From: Candidatus Bathyarchaeota archaeon
GTDB lineage: Archaea > Thermoproteota > Bathyarchaeia > 40CM-2-53-6
Assembly (NCBI GenBank): GCA_005888745.1
Contig: VBBS01000027.1
Coordinates: 55,045-119,044, forward strand
Length of the DNA stretch: 64,000 nucleotides
Reading direction: 5' to 3'
How positions within the stretch are numbered: position 1 is the first letter of the stretch; every line of letters starts with the position of its first letter. Under the pieces are notes generated by a model that saw nothing but the letters and a program-made list of their open reading frames with translations, was not told the origin of the DNA and ran no database searches. Positions 38,540 to 48,077 of this stretch are shown in pieces. The position numbers and the translations under genes are program-made.

Positions 38540-40552
38540 CTAGCTCCCAGCTATGGCCGCCAACCCCGTGAGCAATGCCCCCCGGAGTCGGCTAGATAAG
38601 CCTTGTCCGAAATCAGGCCTAGAAGCATACGCGGGCGGTGCTTCAACCGGATGGTAATATTGCGACGCTGGCTCGCGCCTTCGCCTTGATACTAGAGCTA
38701 TCAGAACTACGAGGAACAAGAGGGCTAACCCCGCAATGAGGTAGATGAAGGGAATCCCCACGACCTTCAGATTAGTCAGGTTTGGAATCCCATTTATCGT
38801 AACGGTCAAAGTGTTTTGCCCTGAGGCGAACCCGGGCTTCGAGGCCTGAACGGTGACAGTTGGGTTCGAGGCCTGGAGAGGCGTAGTGTAGACGGCCGTG
38901 TAGTTACCGTTACCGCCATCAGTTGGGCTTGAGAAGCTTCCACCAGCCGAGGATGAGAGAAAGATCGTGGCCCCTGTTACGGGGCTGGTTCCGTTTGTGA
39001 CTCGAATCATCAGGACAATCTCACCTCCCGGAGTGATCGAAGCAACGCTAGGAACGGCAGCTACGGTCAAAGGCGGAAACGGATTCAGAGTGATCGTCGT
39101 CAGAGCAGATCCACTTATGAAACCATTTTCACTCGCAATTACCTGAATTATCGAGCTGACAAGAGAGTTCACAAGCGGTGCTGTGAAATTGGACGAATAT
39201 ACACCGATGCTGCCCATGATAGGTTGAGTGAACCCGCCGCCAGCCGATGAGCTAAGAGCAAGAGTCACACCGGCCTGAGGAGTCGACCCATTCGTAACCG
39301 TGATGGTCAGAATCGAAACCTGTCCAGGCTTCAAGCTCGTCACGCTTGGAAATATCGTCGCCTGCAACCTAGGTGCGATTACGCCCAACGCGTAGACCTT
39401 CGTATCCCATGACCCGAAGAAGGCCCTAGAATCCGCGATGGCAGGGGACGAAGATATGCCGGCACCAGTCGTGTACTTCCAGAGCAAAGCCCCCCCAGTC
39501 GCGTTCAGCGCGTAAATGCTGTGGTCACTCGAGCCGAACAGTAGAGTATTCGAGCCGAGCGCCAGGGCTGGAGAAGATGAAATTCCCCCGATCGTACCTG
39601 CTTTGGGATACGTCCAGAGCTGGGCACCGGTCGTGGCGTTGAGCGCGTATAGAATGCCTCTGCCTGTTCCAAAATAAACTGCTCCATTGCTGACCGCTGC
39701 AGAAGTAGCGTTGAATGCTCCGATGTTGAACGTCCAGATAATGGCACCAGAAGTCTGGTTCATCGCGAGAAACCTATTGCTGTCAGCTCCAACGTACACC
39801 CTACCGTAAGCAAGAGCTGGAGCCGTGCTTATCGACGCCGCCACTCCAATAGGAACCTTCCATAGCTGAACACCCGTGGTCTCGTTAACCGCAACAACAT
39901 AGCCATTGTTTTGTCCGAAGACAACTCGACCATTATTGACCGAGGGAGATGACTTGATCGTGTCATCTCCAACATACTGCCAGGCGACCGTGTTGTTTGT
40001 ATAGACTGCCAAGAGAACTGAGTTGAACCTGACAAACCAGGTTCCGTAGAAGATCTTCCCACCAGCATAGACTGGCGAGGATGTGATCGGACTGATGTTC
40101 GCCCTCTGCCAGATCACCGATCCTGTCTGCTCATTGAGAGCATAGACCATCGAGTTTCTTGAGGCGAGATAGACTACGCCGTTCGCGACTGCAGGTGTCG
40201 CGTAGATCGGAGCTGAAGTGCTGAAGACCCACCTCTGAGCCCCGTTGTACTCGTCGAGCGCGTAGAGGTTTCCATCCCAAGATGGGATCAAAACCAGCCC
40301 GTCAACAACGACGGGGGAGGGATACACGTAGGATCCAGTTGTGAAAGTCCACATGAGGTTTGGCCCACTGGGCGAGGATGCTGGAGTAGTTCCGGTTCTC
40401 AGAGCGTCGTGATGGAACATCGTCCAGGGATAATCTGTAGGACCCGGAGAAGCGGCGGGAAAATGTTGCGGAGTCGCTGGTGTTTTGCTAGCGGGTATTC
40501 CTATGCTGAGAAGGAAGAGGGAAAGGATCAGAATAACAACTGCCCATCTCAA
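38540..40552 (-). CDS. PQQ-repeat beta-propeller surface protein with C-terminal membrane anchor
   Basis: Signal peptide, multiple PQQ/BamB-like repeats (YALDxxTGxxLW pattern), Thr/Ser-rich Ig-like region, C-terminal TM helix plus basic cytoplasmic tail. Confidence 0.7.
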   Translation of the reverse strand: MRWAVVILILSLFLLSIGIPASKTPATPQHFPAASPGPTDYPWTMFHHDALRTGTTPASSPSGPNLMWTFTTGSYVYPSPVVVDGLVLIPSWDGNLYALDEYNGAQRWVFSTSAPIYATPAVANGVVYLASRNSMVYALNEQTGSVIWQRANISPITSSPVYAGGKIFYGTWFVRFNSVLLAVYTNNTVAWQYVGDDTIKSSPSVNNGRVVFGQNNGYVVAVNETTGVQLWKVPIGVAASISTAPALAYGRVYVGADSNRFLAMNQTSGAIIWTFNIGAFNATSAAVSNGAVYFGTGRGILYALNATTGAQLWTYPKAGTIGGISSSPALALGSNTLLFGSSDHSIYALNATGGALLWKYTTGAGISSSPAIADSRAFFGSWDTKVYALGVIAPRLQATIFPSVTSLKPGQVSILTITVTNGSTPQAGVTLALSSSAGGGFTQPIMGSIGVYSSNFTAPLVNSLVSSIIQVIASENGFISGSALTTITLNPFPPLTVAAVPSVASITPGGEIVLMIRVTNGTSPVTGATIFLSSSAGGSFSSPTDGGNGNYTAVYTTPLQASNPTVTVQASKPGFASGQNTLTVTINGIPNLTNLKVVGIPFIYLIAGLALLFLVVLIALVSRRRREPASQYYHPVEAPPAYASRPDFGQGLSSRLRGALLTGLAAIAGS

Positions 40553-40699
40553 TGGAATCCCCTAGCTGAACCCGAACACCTTGCTCCAAGAGAGATTTGG
40601 AGAATCCACAACTAAAGAGACATGTAACTCACGCTTCCACAATCGCGGATGCGACAATCGGAGCAAAGCCGAAAACTAGATTAATCTAGACACGGCACA

Positions 40700-41002
40700 A
40701 CGCCCGAACAAGGTGCAACCTGTCTGATATTCGCCTTCTTAATCTTCTACCGGGTTAGACCGCTGTCTGAGGCAGATAAGAAGAAAGCCACAGCCGACTG
40801 GGCACGGTTCAAGAAAACACTGTCCAAAGAACTCGCGATAGTAGCGGAGTACGCGCACATCTGGGGAACAACCTACAACGGCATGATCCTCGTCGAGTCA
40901 CGTGACCTCTCCACATTCCACGACTTCTGGCACCGTTTCCGCGAAACTACAAGATGGTACGTGCCAGAGACAAGAACATACATCGCCCAGAAAGAAGAAT
41001 AG
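40700..41002 (+). CDS. small alpha/beta protein (DUF3303-like), candidate ACG start
   Basis: Clean 100-codon frame (..LIFYRVRPLSEADKKKATADWARFKK...FHDFWHRFRETTRWYVPETRTYIAQKEE). It has no in-frame ATG, GTG or TTG before a downstream Met. There is an in-frame ACG at 40700. Confidence 0.35.
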   Translation, partial: TPEQGATCLIFAFLIFYRVRPLSEADKKKATADWARFKKTLSKELAIVAEYAHIWGTTYNGMILVESRDLSTFHDFWHRFRETTRWYVPETRTYIAQKEE

Positions 41003-41263
41003 GCCAGAACTATCCCGAGTATTTCGACTAGGCTCTATACCAAGAATTTCCGACACCCGCATCTCAGTGGGGCACTCAACTCTCCGTCGGATTAGGAGAG
41101 ATTGTGCCACTGTTCCGGAAGGATTCTTAGCTTCGGCACCTTTCTCTCTGTCTTTTGACTGGAAACGCGCTCACTTGCCAGGGGTCTGGCCAGTGAAAAC
41201 GGTCAATAGGAAAATTCGCCCCCTAAGCGACCTTCTAAGCCCGTAGCCCTAGGATGTTACGAA

Positions 41264-41956
41264 TTGCTCACCGAGTCGCAGTCAGAGATGCTTGGGATAC
41301 TGTTCGGAGATGGGTCGATGTCTGAGAATCACAACTCCGTTCAGATCGTCATAACCGGTCACAAATTCGATGACGTAGAGTACCTAATTGGCCGCGTAGG
41401 TCCGATGTTCGCGGAACTCTTTGAAATGCCCCTCAAGGTACATCTAGTGAAAGATGAAAATACGATGATCCTCTACGCTTACTCCAAACGAATTGCCCTG
41501 ACCCTTCACGAATGGGGAATGCCTTTTGGCCGAAAAAAACTGGCCTGGCTCACACCGCACGTCGCATTGGATGAAGTATCTTTCGTCAGAGGCTTATTCG
41601 ACACAGATGGCTGTGTCTATCGCAAGTATGGCCCTTATTTGCAAATCCAGTTTAAGTTCGCTTCCCTTTCGCTCCTTGAGTACGCGAGGGAGTGTCTGGT
41701 AAGACTCGGCCTGAATCCCACATCGATCAGGTGCGACGATACGAAGTTCAGGTTCTATCTCAGCAGACAAGCCGAGGTAGACCATTTCTTTAGGGTCGTA
41801 GAACCCAAGAACCCAAAGCATCTTAATCGTTTCCAAAATGCTTCTCGGAATCGGTCCTACCGCCCATACACACATCGTCCTGAAGCACTCAGAAGAATTG
41901 GAAACCAACCAAGCCTTATAGGACCAATTCTGTGGAAAACACACTCGGTGGGGTAA
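41264..41956 (+). CDS. free-standing double-motif LAGLIDADG homing endonuclease
   Basis: Motif 1 LGILFGDGSM and motif 2 VRGLFDTDGCVY. TTG start. Confidence 0.8.
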   Translation: MLTESQSEMLGILFGDGSMSENHNSVQIVITGHKFDDVEYLIGRVGPMFAELFEMPLKVHLVKDENTMILYAYSKRIALTLHEWGMPFGRKKLAWLTPHVALDEVSFVRGLFDTDGCVYRKYGPYLQIQFKFASLSLLEYARECLVRLGLNPTSIRCDDTKFRFYLSRQAEVDHFFRVVEPKNPKHLNRFQNASRNRSYRPYTHRPEALRRIGNQPSLIGPILWKTHSVG

Positions 41957-41982
41957 CTAAGGAAACCTTTCGACATAGGGCT

Positions 41983-42163
41983 TGGGGCCGTAGTCTAGCC
42001 AGACCCACTCCGGGTCCTAGTAAGGGACGACGACGGGCTCCAGAATCTATGAAACATGCACACCGACCAATATCGAGGGATGAGGAAATTCGGGAGCGCG
42101 TGAAGATACCCGTAGACGAGGGACTCGGCGGATGTCGTGGGTTCAAATCCCACCGGCCCCACC
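41983..42163 (+). tRNA. tRNA-like gene with ~100-nt insertion (putative intron) and genomically encoded CCA
   Basis: 3' end GTGGG-TTCAAAT-CCCAC-CGGCCCC-A-CCA gives a perfect T-arm plus 3' acceptor strand. The only complementary 5' acceptor strand (GGGGCCG) lies at 41983, followed by TA and GTCT-AGCC-AGAC. A 9-bp helix forms between 42009-42017 and 42119-42127. Anticodon not resolved. Confidence 0.45.
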
Positions 42164-42619
42164 AGTGTAGGGCAAATCGTCAGGGACTGGAAAGATCAGG
42201 ATCTCCTCAGCACAGACTTTGGGTCTAACCATGGCTCTTCAATCCGCCTTCGAGTCTGTTGAGGAATGAATCAATGTACTGCCGTGCGATCCCCCAATCA
42301 AAACGGCTGAGAGAGTCCGATCCGGCCCCGTGAGGACGCGTGTCGCATTGTCATCGATTCTAAGCTAGGTTCACGTAGAATGTCTCGGTCCACGTAAGCG
42401 AGTCCATGATGATTTTCAACTCAATACTGCCCGTTGTCTTGTCTGCTTTTGTGGCGTTCCATCTAGCATTCTGAACCACGAGCAGGAGTGCGTCCCAAAC
42501 CTTCTCAAAGGCGTGGGCAAATCTACCTTCTTTTCTAAAGGCAACTTCTCACATTGGGCCTGCAACCTGGCAATAAACTCACACCCCATCGTCTCCTCAA
42601 TGCTCGGGGCAAATTGAAC

Positions 42620-43081
42620 CTACTTCTCTGTTCGATGGAGATGTTTCGCGTCTAACGCCTTGGCGCGCTGTATTAGTTTGGCGTCAATTCCAGTAGTTAC
42701 TGCACTGCTCGAAAACCAGGAGTCGAGTATCTCTTTTGCGATGGCGGTCGAGGTGCTTCTGAGGCTCATAGCCAATACGTTGGCGTCGTCCCACATTCGA
42801 GCACCTTTCGCGGTTTCCGCGTCCCAGCACAAGGCGGCTCGGACCTCTCGGACCTTGTTGGCGGCAATCGTAACCCCGGTTCCAGTCCAACAGAACAGAA
42901 CACCCTGGTCCGCTCTCCCGCTGCTCACGTCTAGTCCTACTTTCTCTCCAACATCAGGCCAGCCCATCGCCTCTCCTTTCAAGGGACCAAAGAGGGTGAC
43001 AGTGTGACCCCTCTTCTTCAACTCCTCGACGACATAGTCTGTCAGAACAGTTTTCTCGTCGCTTCCAACAGCGATCTTCAA
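42620..43081 (-). CDS. rpiB: ribose-5-phosphate isomerase B (RpiB/LacAB family)
   Basis: MKIAVGSD N-terminus and family motifs (GTGVTIAANK). Confidence 0.85.
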   Translation of the reverse strand: MKIAVGSDEKTVLTDYVVEELKKRGHTVTLFGPLKGEAMGWPDVGEKVGLDVSSGRADQGVLFCWTGTGVTIAANKVREVRAALCWDAETAKGARMWDDANVLAMSLRSTSTAIAKEILDSWFSSSAVTTGIDAKLIQRAKALDAKHLHRTEK

Positions 43082-43170
43082 GTCTCGATCGAGAACCCCG
43101 TATACCTCAACATAGGTTTTGTGCCGGGAAAGCTAAAGTCTCTCTAGATCACGCTGTGAACTGACACATC

Positions 43171-43665
43171 TTGAGTAGGCCTTCAAAGCAGGTAAGCACT
43201 TCCAAGACCACTCTCTCCAGTCAGATGATGCCTGTGGACGCCAATCCGATGGGAAACGTGCACGGGGGCACAATTCTCAAACTTGTCGATGTCGCCGCCG
43301 GAGTCACGGCCCTGCGACATGCGAGAACTATTGTGGTCACCGCAAGCATCGACCGTATGGACTTTTACCATCCAGTCTATGTCGGCAACCTTCTCAACTT
43401 CAAGGCCTCAGTCAACTACGCTGGAACAACCTCGATGGAAGTCGGAGTAAGGATAGAAGCTGAGGACCTGAAGACTGGTAGAATAACACACACCGGCTCA
43501 TCCTACCTCACCTATGTTGCTATAGATGAGAACGGACAACCAGTCGAGATTCCCGACGTCATCCCGGAGACACTTGACGAAAAACGACGCTGGAGAGAAG
43601 GAAAAAAGCGAAGGGCCGAACGCCTCAAGATCCTACAAGATCGAAGGAGCAAGGGCAAGGCCTAG
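43171..43665 (+). CDS. acyl-CoA thioesterase (hotdog fold, YciA/PaaI-like)
   Basis: MPVDANPMGNVHGGTILKLVD hotdog signature. TTG start, with an internal ATG at 43225 also possible. Confidence 0.8.
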   Translation: MSRPSKQVSTSKTTLSSQMMPVDANPMGNVHGGTILKLVDVAAGVTALRHARTIVVTASIDRMDFYHPVYVGNLLNFKASVNYAGTTSMEVGVRIEAEDLKTGRITHTGSSYLTYVAIDENGQPVEIPDVIPETLDEKRRWREGKKRRAERLKILQDRRSKGKA

Positions 43666-43677
43666 GGTCGACAAAGA

Positions 43678-44562
43678 ACGAAAGTCGCAATTGTAGGGTT
43701 CGGCATGATGGGCCGGCAGATAGCCCAAGTATTCGCCCAAAATGGCCACGAGGTCGAGGCCACGGATGAGGATCAGCAAGCACTGAAGGCGGGGCTCAAC
43801 GAAATAGCAGACGGGCCCTACGGATTGCACGCGGCTGTTTCAAAAGGAAAACTGGCTGCAGAGCAAGCTCACAGGACTCTAGCAGCCATCAAGACAAGAC
43901 CCGAGCTAGCGGATGTTTGCAAGAACTCGACTCTTGTGATCGAGGCAGCCTTCGAGGAGCTGCAACTCAAACAGAATCTGTTTCACAGAATTGAATCTGC
44001 TGCGCCACCAACTGCGATCATAGCATCAAACACTTCAACCTTGAGCCTGGACAAGATCACCCAAAGAATCTCAAGGAAGGACAGAACGATTGGAATGCAC
44101 TTCTTTAATCCAGCCCAGCTCACAAAACTCGTCGAGATCGTCCGAGGAACGTCGACATCACCTGAAACACTAGAGAAAGCGTCCCAAATCGTCCGGGAGA
44201 TCGGTAAGACCCCTATCCTCGCCCAAGATGAGCCTGGTTTCATCGCCAACCGTCTCGGACTCACCCTCTACATGGAGGCTTCAAGACTGCTAGAGGATCG
44301 TGTCGCAAGTCTCTCTGACATCGACACGTGCATGAGACTCGGATACAACCATCCAATGGGACCCTTCGAACTAGCCGACTTCGTCGGACTTGACACCAGA
44401 CTTCGGAATCTAGAATCACTCTACAAGTCAACGAATGAAAGTAAATGGATACCACCTCAGATTCTAAGAGAGATGGTCCAACAAGGATACCTCGGCGACC
44501 CTGCTAGAAAGAAGACGAGCAAGGGCGGATACTACGAGTATCTCCGGATAAAGCGAGGATAA
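43678..44562 (+). CDS. hbd: 3-hydroxyacyl-CoA dehydrogenase
   Basis: Rossmann motif VAIVGFGMMG plus C-terminal HAD domain. The ORF-track start ATG 43705 cuts through GxGxxG. The frame is open back to the stop at 43663, and the only start-like codon there is ACG 43678. Confidence 0.85.
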   Translation, partial: TKVAIVGFGMMGRQIAQVFAQNGHEVEATDEDQQALKAGLNEIADGPYGLHAAVSKGKLAAEQAHRTLAAIKTRPELADVCKNSTLVIEAAFEELQLKQNLFHRIESAAPPTAIIASNTSTLSLDKITQRISRKDRTIGMHFFNPAQLTKLVEIVRGTSTSPETLEKASQIVREIGKTPILAQDEPGFIANRLGLTLYMEASRLLEDRVASLSDIDTCMRLGYNHPMGPFELADFVGLDTRLRNLESLYKSTNESKWIPPQILREMVQQGYLGDPARKKTSKGGYYEYLRIKRG

Positions 44563-45019
44563 GAAAATCCCAACCCTTTATACAGAACATAAGCCGTGTC
44601 AACTCCACTGGTTGTTATTTGGTGTGTTAACTTCGTTCGTCTCCAGCCGTTACCTTCGAAGTATGACTCTTCACATGTTAGGCGGTCGTCGCATGAACCT
44701 GTCACGTTGGGATGAGGGGGATGACTCCGATCAGGTGACGGGTCAGAAATGGGATAGCCGGTTGGCTGGCCACCGTAAAATCCTTGCTTGGCAATCGGCC
44801 AAGTTACCACGCTATGGGCGTGAGGGGGCGGTTGAGGTTCGACCGTTCCCTGCCAAAAAGAGACTACATGTCTCTGAGGCGCAAGGGCTCGCAGGTGAAG
44901 CAGTGAAGAGGAACCCGCCGACGACGGTAATCCTCCGAGCAGATGAGAGCAAGTCTAGTCCCCCAGCAACGGAAGACTCGACAGAACCCAGAACACAACC
45001 CACAAACCATCGATGATGA

Positions 45020-45793
45020 TTGCTGTACACACACATTCTAGTTGAGACTGAGCCGCCTATCGGAATCATCCGACTGAACCGTCCGAAAGCTCTCAACGCC
45101 CTCAACTTCGAACTTATCCAAGAAACAGTGGAGGCACTCGAAGGCTTCGACAAAGACGACAGGATCAAAGCGACGATCTTGACAGGGGGAGACGACGCCT
45201 TCTCTGCTGGAGCAGACATCAAGGAACTAGCGGAAGCGACTCCTGTCACCTTGATCGAGGAGAACAAGTTCGCCCTCTGGGATCGCTTGAAGAAGATCGC
45301 AAAGCCGATCATAGGAGCGGTCAGCGGCTACATCTACGGAGGAGGATGCGAACTGGCAATGAATTGCGATATCATCATTGCATCCGAGACCGCACGATTC
45401 GCACAGCCTGAAATCAACATCGGAATAATGCCCGGAGCTGGCGGGACACAGCGTCTCACAAGAACCATCGGAAAGTATAGGACAATGGAGATGGTTCTAA
45501 CCGGACAACCCATGACCGCGCGAGAGATGGAGAAACACGGTCTCGTCAACAGAATCGTCCCCGTCGAGGCCTACTTCGATGAGGCACGCAAACTCGCCAT
45601 GCAAATCGCCCAGAAAGCCCCCATAGCCACACGGCTAGCGAAAGAGGCGGTGCTGAAAGCTCTCGACACACCGCTCGAGGAAGGGCTACAATTCGAGAGG
45701 AAGAATTTCTACCTCCTCTTCTCAACAGAGGACATGAAAGAGGGAATGAAAGCCTTCACGGAAAAACGGCCCCCCAGATTCAAAGGACGATAG
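45020..45793 (+). CDS. enoyl-CoA hydratase (crotonase)
   Basis: Crotonase motifs (ITLNRP-like IIRLNRPKALNAL, AVSGYIYGGGCELAMNCD). TTG start. Confidence 0.9.
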   Translation: MLYTHILVETEPPIGIIRLNRPKALNALNFELIQETVEALEGFDKDDRIKATILTGGDDAFSAGADIKELAEATPVTLIEENKFALWDRLKKIAKPIIGAVSGYIYGGGCELAMNCDIIIASETARFAQPEINIGIMPGAGGTQRLTRTIGKYRTMEMVLTGQPMTAREMEKHGLVNRIVPVEAYFDEARKLAMQIAQKAPIATRLAKEAVLKALDTPLEEGLQFERKNFYLLFSTEDMKEGMKAFTEKRPPRFKGR

Positions 45794-45796
45794 TTC

Positions 45797-46591
45797 TTGG
45801 CACCTGAAACACTCATCGTCGAAGAACACGACCACATCACAAAGATCACACTGAACAGGCCGAGCGCCCTAAATGCGATAAACGACAAGATGGGCGAAGA
45901 ACTACTCGCGACTCTCAAAGAGACAGAGAAGAGCGACACTACCAGATGTCTTGTCATAACAGGGGCAGGAAGAGCTTTCTCAGCAGGAGAAGACATATCA
46001 GCTCTGAAAGACCGCTCTGGGACAGGAGACCATCCCTCACTCGGGGATCATCTCCGGAAGAAGTATCATCCAATCATAACCCGGATCCGAAACATCGAGA
46101 AACCAGTAATCGCCCGTCTGAACGGCATAGCAGCCGGAAGCGGGGCAAGCTTGGCCCTCGCCTGCGACATCCGAGTAGCCTCAGAGGAGGCGGGCCTCAA
46201 ACAGGCCTTCATCGGGGTAGGCTTGATACCGGATTCTGGAAGCAGCTACTTCCTAACACGAATGATCGGTCCCGGAAGGGCCCTCGAACTCATCATGACA
46301 GGAAAAACAATACCAGCGAAAGAAGCTGAACAACTTGGCCTCATCAACAAAGTCGTCCCCGCCGCCGAGCTTGACAAGCATACAGACGAGCTTGCCCATC
46401 AGCTCGCAACCGGCCCGACCAAAGCACTAGGACTCTCCAAGCGAATCGTGAACAAAGTCATAAGCCTCGAACTTCCAGAAGCCCTGGAGTATGAAGCCTA
46501 CAACCAGGACATCGCTGGACGAACCAGCGACCATCTAGAAGCCGTCAAAGCCTTTCTAGAAAAACGACAGCCGAAGTTCTTAGGGAAATGA
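45797..46591 (+). CDS. enoyl-CoA hydratase/isomerase family protein
   Basis: Second crotonase (ITLNRPSALNAI, LNGIAAGSGASLALACD). TTG start 3 nt after the preceding stop. Confidence 0.9.
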   Translation: MAPETLIVEEHDHITKITLNRPSALNAINDKMGEELLATLKETEKSDTTRCLVITGAGRAFSAGEDISALKDRSGTGDHPSLGDHLRKKYHPIITRIRNIEKPVIARLNGIAAGSGASLALACDIRVASEEAGLKQAFIGVGLIPDSGSSYFLTRMIGPGRALELIMTGKTIPAKEAEQLGLINKVVPAAELDKHTDELAHQLATGPTKALGLSKRIVNKVISLELPEALEYEAYNQDIAGRTSDHLEAVKAFLEKRQPKFLGK

Positions 46592-46658
46592 GACACGGTG
46601 TGTTTTCCAGGTTTCACGTTTAAGTAACAAGCTCCTCAATCGCGAGAGTTGAATAACC

Positions 46659-47660
46659 GTGCCGGGAAGGAACAAGAAACGGCCGAAATTGGACCTCAAC
46701 ATCTTCCCCGGAAACTGGACTGTCACGAATGACCGGATGTTCAAGGCCTTCGACCTGTCCTTCGCCCAGAACTGGAACCCTGCTACTTTTCCTTGGGATG
46801 AACTTGACCAGAAGAATTTCGACTCGAAGGAGAGAATAGCGCAAGCCTACTGGATGTCCAAACTGGCTCTCTTCGAGAAATCTGGAATTGGAGCCTTCGG
46901 CTTTGGGGCCGTAAGAGCCGCAGAACTGAACATGGAAGACCCCACGAAGAAGATGCTTGCCTCCATCACATACGATGAATGCCGGCATGACGAAGTCTGC
47001 CGAAGAGCCTGCGACAAGCTCTGTCCCAACTGGCCATACGGATACAAGCCACAATCAGATTTCGAATCAAGGGCCCTCCGAAACATCAAGGCACTCTACG
47101 ATGACGGCAGACGCTACTGGGAAGGATTCCTAAAGGCGTGGGAATATTTGCCGCCTGAGATTCTGTTCGCTGGCTTCTTTTTTGCGGAAATAGGCGCAGA
47201 AACGATCTTCAACGCGATGCGCCAGACCAGCAAACTCGGAATCTACCAACAAACCTTCCGAAATATTACACGAGACGAGACTCGCCATCTCGTTGCGACA
47301 ATGGCCCTGCTCCGGGCCATGGCCGAGAAGTTCTCGGAGGAACAGAAGATGACTATTACCCGGCAGATGAAGCAGGGCTTCATCTTTCTCTCACCCCTCC
47401 TCTACCAGCACAAGCCCGAGTTCTGGCATCTCCCCGCAGACTTTGACAAGGTCGACCAGGAGATGGAGGAAGCGGCCAGGGACGCGGGACTGGGAGTGCT
47501 CACCCTTGAAGAGAAGGTGAAGTTCTGGAAGGAAGCGATTGAGAAGAAACGGTCCGAGATAGAAGAGATGGGAATCAAGGTACCCGCCATCCCAGAGCTG
47601 GGAGTTGAGGGCGAAGAGGTTCAGGTTAAGAAGAACGAGACTATAGCCACGAGCTTCTAG
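46659..47660 (+). CDS. ferritin-like diiron-carboxylate oxygenase (PaaA/BoxB/acyl-desaturase-like)
   Basis: Two ExxH motifs (YDECRHDEV, TRDETRHLV) in a helical context. GTG start. Confidence 0.65.
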   Translation: MPGRNKKRPKLDLNIFPGNWTVTNDRMFKAFDLSFAQNWNPATFPWDELDQKNFDSKERIAQAYWMSKLALFEKSGIGAFGFGAVRAAELNMEDPTKKMLASITYDECRHDEVCRRACDKLCPNWPYGYKPQSDFESRALRNIKALYDDGRRYWEGFLKAWEYLPPEILFAGFFFAEIGAETIFNAMRQTSKLGIYQQTFRNITRDETRHLVATMALLRAMAEKFSEEQKMTITRQMKQGFIFLSPLLYQHKPEFWHLPADFDKVDQEMEEAARDAGLGVLTLEEKVKFWKEAIEKKRSEIEEMGIKVPAIPELGVEGEEVQVKKNETIATSF

Positions 47661-47667
47661 GAAGTGG

Positions 47668-47985
47668 TTGAAGATCACGAAGATCATAGTCCTGTTCGGA
47701 CAACCGAAAGACCCCGAACTATTCGATGAGCAATACTGGAAAGACCATGTTCCAATAGCGAAGGCGATGCCAGGTTTGAAGAAATACACAGTTCACAAGA
47801 TCGTTGGGGCACCACGAGGAGAACCGGCATACTACCAGGTTGTCGAACTGGAATTCGAGAATATGGACAGCCTGAAGAAAGCATTGGAAAGCCCGGCCGG
47901 ACGCGAATCAGGCCGGCACGGCGTAAAGATTGCTACTGGTGGCATAACTTTCCTTTACGCGGAATCAAGAGAAGCGATGCCGTAG
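47668..47985 (+). CDS. EthD/Dabb-family small alpha-beta barrel protein
   Basis: KIIVLFGQPKDPELFDEQYWKDHVPIA N-terminal pattern of the EthD family. TTG start. Confidence 0.55.
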   Translation: MKITKIIVLFGQPKDPELFDEQYWKDHVPIAKAMPGLKKYTVHKIVGAPRGEPAYYQVVELEFENMDSLKKALESPAGRESGRHGVKIATGGITFLYAESREAMP

Positions 47986-48077
47986 AACAACAACAGTCTA
48001 GCCCGGTTCCATCTGACATATTCCTCGGAAAACGTTCTTCTAATCAGACCCGTCAGTTCTAGGACAGGAGCGGGGAA

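Noticed and set aside
44612-45312. ORFs 44612..45016 (+) and 44812..45312 (-)
   Set aside because: Low-complexity translations. The minus ORF is antisense to the crotonase start. The region is treated instead as a possible non-coding spacer.
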